From Candidatus Sericytochromatia bacterium (GTDB lineage: Bacteria; Cyanobacteriota; Sericytochromatia; S15B-MN24; VGJW01): 64,000 nucleotides of DNA. Each line of letters starts with the position of its first letter. The first letter of the stretch is position 1. Under the pieces are notes generated by a model. It was not told where the DNA came from, made no database searches, and saw only the letters and a program-made list of their open reading frames with translations. The stretch lies in contig JAYKIS010000053.1 in the NCBI GenBank assembly GCA_035286125.1, positions 11,210 to 75,209 of the forward strand. Direction: 5' to 3'. The position numbers and the translations under genes are program-made. Below are positions 36,429 to 44,740 of the stretch, piece by piece.

Positions 36429-37727
36429 TTGCTCGACATCAAGCTGATCCGCCAGGAGCCCGATACCGTCCGCACGGCCCTTCGCCATCGCGGCGACGAC
36501 CCCGCCAAGGTCGACAGGCTGCTCGACCTGGACACCGCCTTTCGCACGCTGCAGGCACGCATCGACACGCTTCGCCAGGAGCGCAACACCAGGAGCAAGG
36601 CCATCGGTGCCATCCGCACGGGCAAGGCCGAGGGCGACGCCGAGGCCCTGCAGGCCGAGGTCCGAACGCTGGGTGAAACTCTGACCAACCTCGAGGCCGA
36701 GTTGGCCGCGAATCAACATGCCCGGCTCGATCCTGCAGAGGGACTGCTGTATCAGATTCCGAACCTGCCCGATGCGTCCGTTCCCGTAGGCCAGACGGAG
36801 GACGACAACGTCGAAGTGCGTCGCTGGGGCACGCCACCGGCCTTTGCCCACGCCGCGGAACCGCACGAGGAGATCGGCGAGCGGCTGGGCCTGCTGGCGA
36901 CGGAAGAGGCCGCGCGGCTTGCCGGTTCGCGGTTCGTCCTGCTCAAGGGCCAGGGAGCGCGCCTCGAACGTGCCCTGCTCAACTTCATGCTCGACATGCA
37001 CCTCGCGCATGGCTATACCGAGGTCCTGCCTCCGACCCTCGCCAATGCCGACACGCTGACAGCCAACGGCAACCTGCCCAAGTTCCACGACCAGCTGTTC
37101 CAGATCACCGACTGGCCGCTGTATCTCATCCCGACGGCCGAAGTCCCGCTGACCAACATGCACCGGGGCCAGATCCTGGATGCAGGCCAACTGCCCATGC
37201 ACCTGACGGCCGGGACCTCGTGCTTCCGTTCCGAGGCGGGTGCGGCCGGCCGGGATACCAAGGGCATGATCCGGGTGCACGAGTTCCGCAAGGTCGAGCT
37301 GGTCAAGCTGGTGGCTCCCGAGCAGGGGCTCGAGGCGCTCGAGGGCATGGTCGCCGATGCCGAACGGGTCCTGCAGACCCTGGGCCTTCCCTATCGTGTG
37401 GTCCAGCTCTGCACGGCCGACCTGGGCTTCAACAGCGCCATCACCTACGACCTCGAGGTCTGGTTCCCGAGCCAGGGCAAGTACCGGGAAATCAGTTCCT
37501 GCTCGCTTTGCACCGACTTCCAGACCCGCAGGGGCCAGACTCGCTACCGGGATGGCGAGGCCATCCGTCATCCTTACAGCCTGAACGGCTCGGGCGTGGC
37601 CGTCGGCCGATGCCTTGCCGCGATCCTCGAGAACGGGCTGCAGGCAGACGGCACAGTCCGGGTCCCGGATGCCCTCGTGCCCTACACGGGCGGCGTCTCT
37701 GTCCTCGGGCGGCCCCGCACGGTTTAA
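36429..37727 (+). CDS. serS: seryl-tRNA synthetase
   Basis: 432 aa with a TTG start. MLDIKLIRQEPD, an N-terminal coiled-coil arm and class II motifs (FRSEAGAAGRDTKGMIRVHEF, NGSGVAVGRCLAAILEN). Confidence 0.95.
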   Translation: MLDIKLIRQEPDTVRTALRHRGDDPAKVDRLLDLDTAFRTLQARIDTLRQERNTRSKAIGAIRTGKAEGDAEALQAEVRTLGETLTNLEAELAANQHARLDPAEGLLYQIPNLPDASVPVGQTEDDNVEVRRWGTPPAFAHAAEPHEEIGERLGLLATEEAARLAGSRFVLLKGQGARLERALLNFMLDMHLAHGYTEVLPPTLANADTLTANGNLPKFHDQLFQITDWPLYLIPTAEVPLTNMHRGQILDAGQLPMHLTAGTSCFRSEAGAAGRDTKGMIRVHEFRKVELVKLVAPEQGLEALEGMVADAERVLQTLGLPYRVVQLCTADLGFNSAITYDLEVWFPSQGKYREISSCSLCTDFQTRRGQTRYRDGEAIRHPYSLNGSGVAVGRCLAAILENGLQADGTVRVPDALVPYTGGVSVLGRPRTV

Positions 37728-37788
37728 CGGCCACGACCGGGGGGCATGGACCCAAGGGACAAGCTTTCCTCGAGGTCCAGGAATCATC

Positions 37789-38397
37789 GTGACTGCCGAA
37801 ACAACGGCCCAGAACCCGCAGGCCATCACCGCCCAACCCCCGGCCCAGACACCGGCGCAGCCTCCCAACGCCTTTCAGCATCCACGATTGGCAGACCTGC
37901 TGCGCAGGGGCCAGCAGGCAGGGGGCGCGGGCATGGTGCTCGTGCAGAGCCTCTACGATCTGGTCCACCCGCAGGACACGATCGTGGCCTGCTACTACTC
38001 CTTCGACATGGGTTCGGGCGGGAGTGGTGCCGATGCCAACAACTTCTATTCTATCGACGTGGTGCTGGTGACCAGCGCCTACTTCATCAACCTCGCGCTG
38101 TTCCCCAAGACGCATCATCTGCGCAAGCGCAAGATCCACACGATCACGGATGTCCAGGTCAAGTACGACCCCCCGCCGCCGGATGAACTGCGGACCGTAC
38201 AACCGGGCAAGTTCGTGCCGTCGAACATCTCGATCCTGCTCGTGTTCGCCGATGAGCGCGGCCAGACGGTGGAGACGTGGGCGATGGAGTCCACGGCACC
38301 CGATCAGGTGCGCAACCTTTTCGACATCTCGCGCTTCGCCCAGAAGTGCGTCGGCTACCCCTTGGCCAACGTGGCCCGGGGCGGCGGAACGGTCTGA
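37789..38397 (+). CDS. hypothetical protein (no recognised family), first gene of the pilT-flp unit
   Basis: Lies in ORF 37615..38397; the probable start is GTG 37789. A Q/P/A-rich N-terminus is followed by a globular region. The stop lies 12 nt before pilT. Confidence 0.5.
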   Translation: MTAETTAQNPQAITAQPPAQTPAQPPNAFQHPRLADLLRRGQQAGGAGMVLVQSLYDLVHPQDTIVACYYSFDMGSGGSGADANNFYSIDVVLVTSAYFINLALFPKTHHLRKRKIHTITDVQVKYDPPPPDELRTVQPGKFVPSNISILLVFADERGQTVETWAMESTAPDQVRNLFDISRFAQKCVGYPLANVARGGGTV

Positions 38398-38409
38398 GGC
38401 TGCTGACGC

Positions 38410-39510
38410 GTGAATATTCTCGACTTCCTGCGGAACGCGGTCCAGAAGCGGGCCTCGGACATCCACATCAAGGTGGGCAGTCCTCCTATCCTGCGCATCG
38501 ACGGCCGCATCGTGCCGACGGAATACAAGGCCCTGACACCAGCCGACACCCGCCAGGCCATGTATTCGCTGATGAGCGCGGACCAGCGCCAGCACTTCGA
38601 GCAGGCGCGTGAGCTGGACATCTCGCTGACCATCGAGGGCCTGTCCCGATTCCGGGTCAACGTCTACTTCGAGCAGGGCAACATCGGCGCAGCCATGCGC
38701 GTCATCCCGATCAAGACGCCCACGGTGGACGCCCTGGACCTGCCGCCGGTCATCAAGAAGCTGGCTCTGGAACGCCAGGGGCTGATCCTGTGCACGGGCC
38801 CCACGGGCTCGGGCAAGTCGACGACGCTGACGGCGATGCTCGAGTTCGTCAACACGACCAAGGACGTCCACATCATCACGGTCGAGGACCCGGTCGAGTT
38901 CGTCTACACGAGCAAGAAGTCGGTCATCACCCAGCGCGAGGTCGGGCAGGACACCATTTCCTTCCCGAACGCCATCAAGTACGCCCTGCGGCAGGACCCG
39001 GACGTCATCCTGATTGGCGAGATGCGCGACCAGGAAACGATCATGGCGGCCGTCAAAGCGGCAGAGACCGGGCACCTCGTGTTGTCCACCCTGCACACGA
39101 CGGACGCCGTCCAGACCCTGATCCGCGTCATCAGCACCTTCGACCCTCACGAGCAGGACGGCATCCGCCTGCAACTCTCCCAGATCCTGCGCGGCTCCAT
39201 CTCGCAGCGCCTGATCCCCCGGGCAAGCGGGCAAGGGCGCGTGGCCGCCATCGAGGTTCTCGTCTCGACCCCGACTGTCGTCGACCTGATCTCCAAGAAC
39301 GAGATCGATGGCCTCTACACCGTGCTGAACCAGGGTGGCATGGAGGGCATGCAATCCATGAACCAGGCGTTGTTCAACCTGTACCAGGACGACCTCATCA
39401 CCCTGGACGATGCCCTGTCCTACTCCGAGTCGCCCAACGAGTTGCAGCGGATGATGCGCGGCGCCTACCACGGCTCCGGCAGTTCCTTCCAGGCAGGCCT
39501 CACAGGCTGA
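38410..39510 (+). CDS. pilT: PilT/PilU-family type IV pilus retraction-type ATPase
   Basis: 366 aa with a GTG start. ASDIHIKVGSPPILRIDG, Walker A GPTGSGKSTT, Asp box, Walker B ILIGEMRD and His box STLHT. The canonical AIRNLIRE motif is not conserved (TVVDLISKNE). Confidence 0.85.
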   Translation: MNILDFLRNAVQKRASDIHIKVGSPPILRIDGRIVPTEYKALTPADTRQAMYSLMSADQRQHFEQARELDISLTIEGLSRFRVNVYFEQGNIGAAMRVIPIKTPTVDALDLPPVIKKLALERQGLILCTGPTGSGKSTTLTAMLEFVNTTKDVHIITVEDPVEFVYTSKKSVITQREVGQDTISFPNAIKYALRQDPDVILIGEMRDQETIMAAVKAAETGHLVLSTLHTTDAVQTLIRVISTFDPHEQDGIRLQLSQILRGSISQRLIPRASGQGRVAAIEVLVSTPTVVDLISKNEIDGLYTVLNQGGMEGMQSMNQALFNLYQDDLITLDDALSYSESPNELQRMMRGAYHGSGSSFQAGLTG

Positions 39511-40082
39511 TGCGCAGCAGTCTCATTCTTCTGGTGGCCGGCCTCGGCCTCACGGGCTGCGGGCTGCCCATCCCGTTCGTCAACTTCTCGGCAAAACTGG
39601 CCATCCGTTCGGTCGAGCCGGCTACCGTCACCGTCAGCTATGCCAAGGGCACGAACAACGAGGTGACGGCCTCGTTCAAGAACCCCGTCGTCACCCTGGA
39701 AGGCGCCCCGGGCAGTCCGGGGGCGACCTTCAACGCCATGGAATTGTCGGCACTCGACCCTGCGAATTCGAACGTTGCGCTGGGCCTGTTCGGCGGAGCC
39801 CAGAAGGTATCGGTGCCCATCAGCCTTCGTGTCGCACCCTCGACGCTGCGGGAGGACCCGCGCGCAGGCACCGTCAGTCCCGTCGGCCAGGATCAGCAGA
39901 AGCTGGTGCTGGGCCAAGGCAAGGCCGAACTGCCCATCGTTTCGAACGCCGTGCTCGAGTACGGCAAGACGAGAACCAACGGGCCCTTGACCGTGTCCGC
40001 GGTCCTGAAGGGAACGGACGACGCCATGTGGCCCGTGGCAGTCGAGGTGCTGGTGCCGGTGGCCTTTGCCGGCGGCAACTGA
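39510..40082 (+). CDS. lipoprotein of unknown function
   Basis: 190 aa (in-frame part of ORF 38790..40082). The ATG overlaps the pilT stop (TGATG). MRSSLILLVAGLGLTGC is a classic lipobox. Confidence 0.6.
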   Translation: MRSSLILLVAGLGLTGCGLPIPFVNFSAKLAIRSVEPATVTVSYAKGTNNEVTASFKNPVVTLEGAPGSPGATFNAMELSALDPANSNVALGLFGGAQKVSVPISLRVAPSTLREDPRAGTVSPVGQDQQKLVLGQGKAELPIVSNAVLEYGKTRTNGPLTVSAVLKGTDDAMWPVAVEVLVPVAFAGGN

Positions 40083-40085
40083 CGG

Positions 40086-40265
40086 ATGCAGCGTCCGGGC
40101 CTTGTCGGACGGCTGCTGCGTGAGGATGACGCGCAGGCCATGGTCGAATATGGCCTGATTGCCGCGGCCCTGACGATTGGGGTGGCTCTGGCGACGAAGC
40201 TGGTTCAGGCCGCACTCTCCCGGCAACTGCTCCAACACCACAAGGCCCTGTCCCAGGCCCCCTGA
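40086..40265 (+). CDS. flp: Flp/Fap-family pilin (59 aa, below the ORF-track size cutoff)
   Basis: My translation: MQRPGLVGRLLREDDAQAMVEYGLIAAALTIGVALATKLVQAALSRQLLQHHKALSQAP. It has the Flp motif (x-XXXX-EY followed by a hydrophobic helix), with Ala instead of Gly before QAMVEY. The start lies 3 nt after the lipoprotein stop. Confidence 0.7.
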   Translation: MQRPGLVGRLLREDDAQAMVEYGLIAAALTIGVALATKLVQAALSRQLLQHHKALSQAP

Positions 40266-40367
40266 ACCGAATTTTCAGCGCATTTTTTCCGACCCTTTAC
40301 CGAACGGGGGCGAGGTCGCCCGACAAGACCCGTAACCCCCGCCACCGGCACACGAGGAGAAGCGCCG

Positions 40368-40529
40368 ATGACCTTCCTTAAGACCCTGGTACACGACGAA
40401 GCCGGCCAGAGCATGGTCGAGTACGGCATCATTGTCGCCGTCATCGCCGCCGTGTGCGTGGGCGGCTTCCGGGCCATCGGCGACCAGAGCAACAAGGCCC
40501 TCGACACGCTGCTCAAGAACATGAAGTAG
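40368..40529 (+). CDS. flp: Flp/Fap-family pilin (53 aa, below the ORF-track size cutoff)
   Basis: My translation: MTFLKTLVHDEAGQSMVEYGIIVAVIAAVCVGGFRAIGDQSNKALDTLLKNMK. It has a canonical G/QSMVEYG Flp processing motif, with GAGGAGA 8 nt upstream of the ATG. Confidence 0.8.
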   Translation: MTFLKTLVHDEAGQSMVEYGIIVAVIAAVCVGGFRAIGDQSNKALDTLLKNMK

Positions 40530-40540
40530 GAGGAACGACC

Positions 40541-40783
40541 ATGCAAGCTCCTGCAGTCGCAGCCAACCCCTTGATCCCCAGCGTCTCCCCCTGGGGCGCG
40601 CCCGTTGCGCAGCCGGCACAGCCGAAGCCCATGGCGGGAGATACCTTCGTCCCGTCCGCGGCCCCGGCGGCCGCGCCGGTCAAGGTCGGTGTCATGAGCT
40701 TCCTGACCAACTTCTGGGACCAATTCGTCGGTCCGCTTTTCAGCAAGGCCGCGACCTTCCTGATGGGCCTCTTCGGCAAGTAG
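40541..40783 (+). CDS. small Pro/Ala-rich protein with hydrophobic/amphipathic C-terminal helix
   Basis: 80 aa (in-frame part of ORF 40454..40783). The ATG at 40541 is preceded by AGGAGGA. The C-terminus is VGVMSFLTNFWDQFVGPLFSKAATFLMGLFGK. Confidence 0.5.
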   Translation: MQAPAVAANPLIPSVSPWGAPVAQPAQPKPMAGDTFVPSAAPAAAPVKVGVMSFLTNFWDQFVGPLFSKAATFLMGLFGK

Positions 40784-40865
40784 TCCACGTCGTGCCGTCG
40801 CCCCTCGCCCTCCGCGGGGGGCGCTTCGCTTGGGGGTAAGATGAGAAGGAAGGGAGATTGCCTCG

Positions 40866-41417
40866 ATGGGCCTGCGCGAAATAGCCAAGTTGGGCAACCC
40901 GGTCCTGCGGCGAGTAGCTGAACCCGTCTCGCTCGAGGAGCTGGCCGATCCGGAAACCCAGCGCCTGATCGACGACATGATCGAGACGATGCGTGCCGCG
41001 GCAGGCATCGGCCTCGCCGCCCCTCAGGTCTCGGTCCCCAAGCAGATCCAGATCATCGAGATGGCGGCAAACCCGCGCTACCCGTCCGCCCCGACATGGC
41101 CCCTGACGGTGCTCGTGAATCCCGAGATCACCTTTCTGACGGACGAACGGATCGAGGTCTGGGAGGGATGTCTTTCGGTCGACGGCCTGCGTGGCAAGGT
41201 CCGCCGCGTCCGACGCATCGCGATCCGCTTCCTCGATCGCCACGGCCAGGAGCAGCACCTCGAGCTCGAGGACTTTCCTGCAGTCGTGGCGCAACACGAG
41301 ACGGACCATCTCGTGGGCAAGGTCTTCCTCGACCGCATGGAGGACATGAGCAGCCTCGCCCAGATTGCAGAGTGGGAGCGTTACTGGCTGGCCGACCCGG
41401 CCCTTGTCACGGAATGA
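40866..41417 (+). CDS. def: peptide deformylase
   Basis: 183 aa. GIGLAAPQV, EGCLS and HETDHL motifs. Confidence 0.95.
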   Translation: MGLREIAKLGNPVLRRVAEPVSLEELADPETQRLIDDMIETMRAAAGIGLAAPQVSVPKQIQIIEMAANPRYPSAPTWPLTVLVNPEITFLTDERIEVWEGCLSVDGLRGKVRRVRRIAIRFLDRHGQEQHLELEDFPAVVAQHETDHLVGKVFLDRMEDMSSLAQIAEWERYWLADPALVTE

Positions 41418-42232
41418 TCCTGGATGAAGGGGCGATGCCCCGCCGCAGACTGGGGCGCACGGCCGTCGACATTTCCCTGCTGGGTTTCGGGACCGGAACG
41501 ACGGCCAGCAATGGCCATCCGAGCGCGCAGAGCGCGATCCACCCGACGGAGTTGGGCGGCCTGCTGCGGCTTGGGCTGGATGTGGGCATCACGTGGTGGG
41601 ATACGTCCGACGACTACCAGACCTACGCGCATGTCCGCGAAGGCCTCGTCGGCACACCGCGAGAGCTGGTCCAGATCGCCAGCAAGACGCATGCGGCCAC
41701 GGCCGGGGAGGCGCACGCCAGGCTGGATGAGGCACTGGCCGACATGGGCCTTTCGTGGCTGGACGTCTACTTTCTGCACGATGTCGACGACGTGGACGAA
41801 CTCGACCGTCGCCTGCCCGCTATGGCCGCCCTTCGCCAACGCCGGGAGCGCGGGGATATCCGGGCGATTGCCCTGTCGACCCACAACATCGACACGCTCG
41901 AACGCCTGCTGGTCCATCCGGAGTACGCGGACCTCGACGTGGTGATGACGAACTTCAATCGCTTTGGCGACCACATGGATGCCGGCCTCGAGGACTACAG
42001 CCGGGCACTCGAGGCGCATCACGCAGCCGGACGGGGCGTGCTGGTCATGAAAGCCGTCGGGGAAGGCCGCCTCGCGCACGTCGCGCGGGAGAGCATCCAG
42101 TGGAACGCGACACGACCTTTTGTCGATGGCGTCCTTGTGGGCATGGCCTCGGGCGACCAGGTGCTGGCCAATGCCGCCGCCGTCATCCAGGCAAGTAAGG
42201 CAGAACCTCGGAGAATCGGCCCCGGTTTGTGA
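41414..42232 (+). CDS. aldo/keto reductase family oxidoreductase
   Basis: Lies in ORF 41096..42232. The ATG at 41414 overlaps the def stop (ATGA). WWDTSDDYQTY, IASKTH and LDVYFLHDVD fit the AKR Asp/Tyr/Lys/His contexts. Confidence 0.75.
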   Translation: MILDEGAMPRRRLGRTAVDISLLGFGTGTTASNGHPSAQSAIHPTELGGLLRLGLDVGITWWDTSDDYQTYAHVREGLVGTPRELVQIASKTHAATAGEAHARLDEALADMGLSWLDVYFLHDVDDVDELDRRLPAMAALRQRRERGDIRAIALSTHNIDTLERLLVHPEYADLDVVMTNFNRFGDHMDAGLEDYSRALEAHHAAGRGVLVMKAVGEGRLAHVARESIQWNATRPFVDGVLVGMASGDQVLANAAAVIQASKAEPRRIGPGL

Positions 42233-42309
42233 ATTCCGCGACGACTTGGGGAATGCGTCTCCACAGGTATCGCTGGCAAACATCACATTCCCGAAGGGAG
42301 GCGCTCCCA

Positions 42310-43404
42310 ATGGCTCCTCGTCGTATCAAGGTGGCGGCCCTGTCGGCCGTGCTCGCCCAAGGCTTCATGGTTACCCAGGCAACCGCGGCGCCTGACCTCT
42401 GGCCGGACTATCGGCTCGCCGGCCAGGAGCGCGTAAGCGAGTTCAAGGCGGGTCGCGAAATCGTGGACCGACTGGGCGATGGTTCCGAAGTGGCCGGCAC
42501 GCGCAAGACCGTCCGGCGCAACGAACGGGTCGAACCGCTTCGTGAAAAGGACCCGACCCAGAATCTGGAGTCCTTCGAGGAGGTGCCGGCCTCCCCGGTG
42601 TTCAGCACCAAGGTGGTGGGCCGCATTCACTCGACGATGTCGGCCACGAAGTTCGACAAGTTCCGGTACGCGTGGACCGAGACGCCGTACAAGGACTACA
42701 CCGTCAAGAAGTGGGAGCAGCGCGACGAGTTCTGGAAGGATGTCCCGTACCAGCGCCGCATCCTTGCCGAGTGGAACGACCCGGCGTCGGGCCGCGCGAT
42801 GCGGTTCGAGGGAGCGAACTCCCGCTACACCGCTCAGGAATCGGCCGTGACGGCCTGGCAGGGCGCAGCGGATCCCAAGGTCTACGTGGGAGCCGGTGTC
42901 GACAAGTCGGCGCGAACGGGTCCGTTCTTCGTGTCGTCCCGGACCGAAGTCAAGGAAGTGGCCCGCAAGTCCCTCGCGTCCGTTCAGGCCGCCTCGTCAG
43001 GTGCTGGCAGCGCGAGCGGTCTGGGTGCCACCCGGGTGTTCCAGGGCGACTCCGCCAAGGGCATCAGCCAGGCCCAGAAGGCCGCTGCCGGTCAGATTGC
43101 GGCGACCTTGGGTTCCCGAACCGTCAAGGCCTCACAGGGTGCGAATCCGGTCAGCGTCAAGGCGATTGCCTCCATTCAGGCGGCCAAGAGCAAGCTTGAG
43201 GCTCTGCCCGTTCGGTCCGCTGTCGCCGTCCAGATCAAGTCGGCCCTTGAGCTGTTGGCGCGTCCCGACGCCACCGACGCTCAGATCAAGGCGGCCCTGA
43301 ACAAGGCGAAGAAGAATGCTTGGTCGAAGAACAATGCCAAGGCTATCGAGGCAGCGACGCAGAGAATTCTCAAGGCACGGAAATCAGCCCGCAACGGCGG
43401 TTGA
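42310..43404 (+). CDS. secreted protein of unknown function, paralog A
   Basis: Lies in ORF 42229..43404. The ATG at 42310 follows GGGAGG. A signal peptide ends ...TQATA/APDLWPDYRL. A globular N-domain is followed by an A/S/G/K-rich tail. No family was recognised. Confidence 0.6.
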   Translation: MAPRRIKVAALSAVLAQGFMVTQATAAPDLWPDYRLAGQERVSEFKAGREIVDRLGDGSEVAGTRKTVRRNERVEPLREKDPTQNLESFEEVPASPVFSTKVVGRIHSTMSATKFDKFRYAWTETPYKDYTVKKWEQRDEFWKDVPYQRRILAEWNDPASGRAMRFEGANSRYTAQESAVTAWQGAADPKVYVGAGVDKSARTGPFFVSSRTEVKEVARKSLASVQAASSGAGSASGLGATRVFQGDSAKGISQAQKAAAGQIAATLGSRTVKASQGANPVSVKAIASIQAAKSKLEALPVRSAVAVQIKSALELLARPDATDAQIKAALNKAKKNAWSKNNAKAIEAATQRILKARKSARNGG

Positions 43405-43419
43405 TCACCAAGGCGTCAG

Positions 43420-43455
43420 CAAAGGGGGTAGGCCCGGTCGGACCTACCCCTTTGC
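43420..43455 (+). terminator. intrinsic-terminator-like hairpin after paralog A
   Basis: caaagggggtagg-cccggtcgga-cctacccctttg (one bulged G), followed by cgtttcgt. Confidence 0.6.
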
Positions 43456-43518
43456 GTTTCGTACCCCTGCCCTTGCGGGAACACCTACGTCAGCCACAGA
43501 CCACCGGGAGAGTCCCTC

Positions 43519-44733
43519 TTGCGACGCATCGCCTGCCCCGCCGCGCTTGCCGCCGGCACCTTGCTGCTCACAGCCCCGCAAGCATGGGCCGCACCCGACC
43601 TATGGCCGGACTATCGCCTTGTCGGCACCGAACGGGTCCAGTCCTTCCAGCCCGGCAGCATCGAGACGCGGCGCGTGGAGACGGGGGCCGAGATTCCGGG
43701 GTCACGGCAGGCCATGCGGCGAAATGAACGCGACGTGCCCATGCGGGTGTCCGCCCCGACGGAGGCCAAGTCGGAAACCTTCGAGGTCAACGATGCACCC
43801 ACCTATTCCACCCGCATCCAGGGCCGCCTCCAACTGACCATGAGCCACACCAAGGTCACGATCAACCGCCTCGACTGGACCGAGACTCCCTACGTGGACT
43901 ACACGGTCCACAAGTGGGAGGCGTGGGATGCCTTCAAGCGGCAGAACACCTACGGGCGCAAGCGCGTCGCAACATGGACGGACCCGGTCTCCGGCCGCTC
44001 GATGTCCTTTGCCGGTCCGGAAACAATCTACGGGCAGGTCGACGACGACCGGACCTGGCCACCCGTCCCGCGTGAGGACCAGCCGGTCGAGGTCGGCAGG
44101 GGCATCCTGAAGACCGGAAAGGTCGGTCCCACAATCGTCGGGACCCGCATCGACGTCGCCGAGGCCAGCCGGCGCAGCCTGGCCTCGGTAGGGGCCTCGG
44201 GTGCCGGACAGATGGCCCGAGGTGCCTATGGCTTCCGCGGGGACCAGGGCAACAGCATCAGCCAGGCCCGGAGTGCAAGCGGACAAGCCGTGGCGGCCAG
44301 TCTGGGCAGCCGCGCCATCAAGGCCTCCGCATCGGCCAAGGGCATGGCGCCTGCCTCGGGACAAGCCGTCGCGTTCGGGGCAGCCAAGGTTCAGGTGGCC
44401 TTGGCTGCTGCCGCCCCGGCTGTTCTCGGGAGCGTGCGTCCCGCGGGCCTGGGACGTCCGTCCGGCTACAGCGTCCCGGCGCTGAATGTGTGGGTCAACG
44501 GTGTCCAGGGCAACCAGCCCGAGGTCGTCCAGTGGCGGGAGCTGGCACGGCTCGCCATCGGCGTCTCCGATACCACCACACGGTCCGAGCTCGTCCAGGC
44601 CCTTGAGGACAACGTCAACACCGCGAAGGACCTGCGTGAGGCAGCCGAGGCCATCGGAAGGATCTCGAACGCGGCGACCAAGGCCAAGGCTCAGGCGGCT
44701 CTGGATCAGATCCGGGCCGGATTGTTGCCCTGA
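43519..44733 (+). CDS. secreted protein of unknown function, paralog B
   Basis: 404 aa with a TTG start after GGGAGAG. A signal peptide ends ...PQAWA/APDLWPDYRL. It shares WTETPY.DYTV.KWE, RRNER, R(K/R)SLASV and LGSR.(V/I)KAS blocks with paralog A. Confidence 0.6.
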   Translation: MRRIACPAALAAGTLLLTAPQAWAAPDLWPDYRLVGTERVQSFQPGSIETRRVETGAEIPGSRQAMRRNERDVPMRVSAPTEAKSETFEVNDAPTYSTRIQGRLQLTMSHTKVTINRLDWTETPYVDYTVHKWEAWDAFKRQNTYGRKRVATWTDPVSGRSMSFAGPETIYGQVDDDRTWPPVPREDQPVEVGRGILKTGKVGPTIVGTRIDVAEASRRSLASVGASGAGQMARGAYGFRGDQGNSISQARSASGQAVAASLGSRAIKASASAKGMAPASGQAVAFGAAKVQVALAAAAPAVLGSVRPAGLGRPSGYSVPALNVWVNGVQGNQPEVVQWRELARLAIGVSDTTTRSELVQALEDNVNTAKDLREAAEAIGRISNAATKAKAQAALDQIRAGLLP

Positions 44734-44740
44734 ACGATCG

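Noticed and set aside
37789-38397. PilZ-type c-di-GMP-binding protein upstream of pilT
   Set aside because: I looked for RxxxR plus (D/N)x(S/A)xxG. RLADLLRR and FDMGSGGSG do not fit the spacing or positions, so the protein is left as hypothetical.
40784-40865. Terminator after the small flp-adjacent gene (cgcccc...ggggcg)
   Set aside because: The stem is only 6 bp, with a 13-nt loop and no T-run. It is too weak to annotate.
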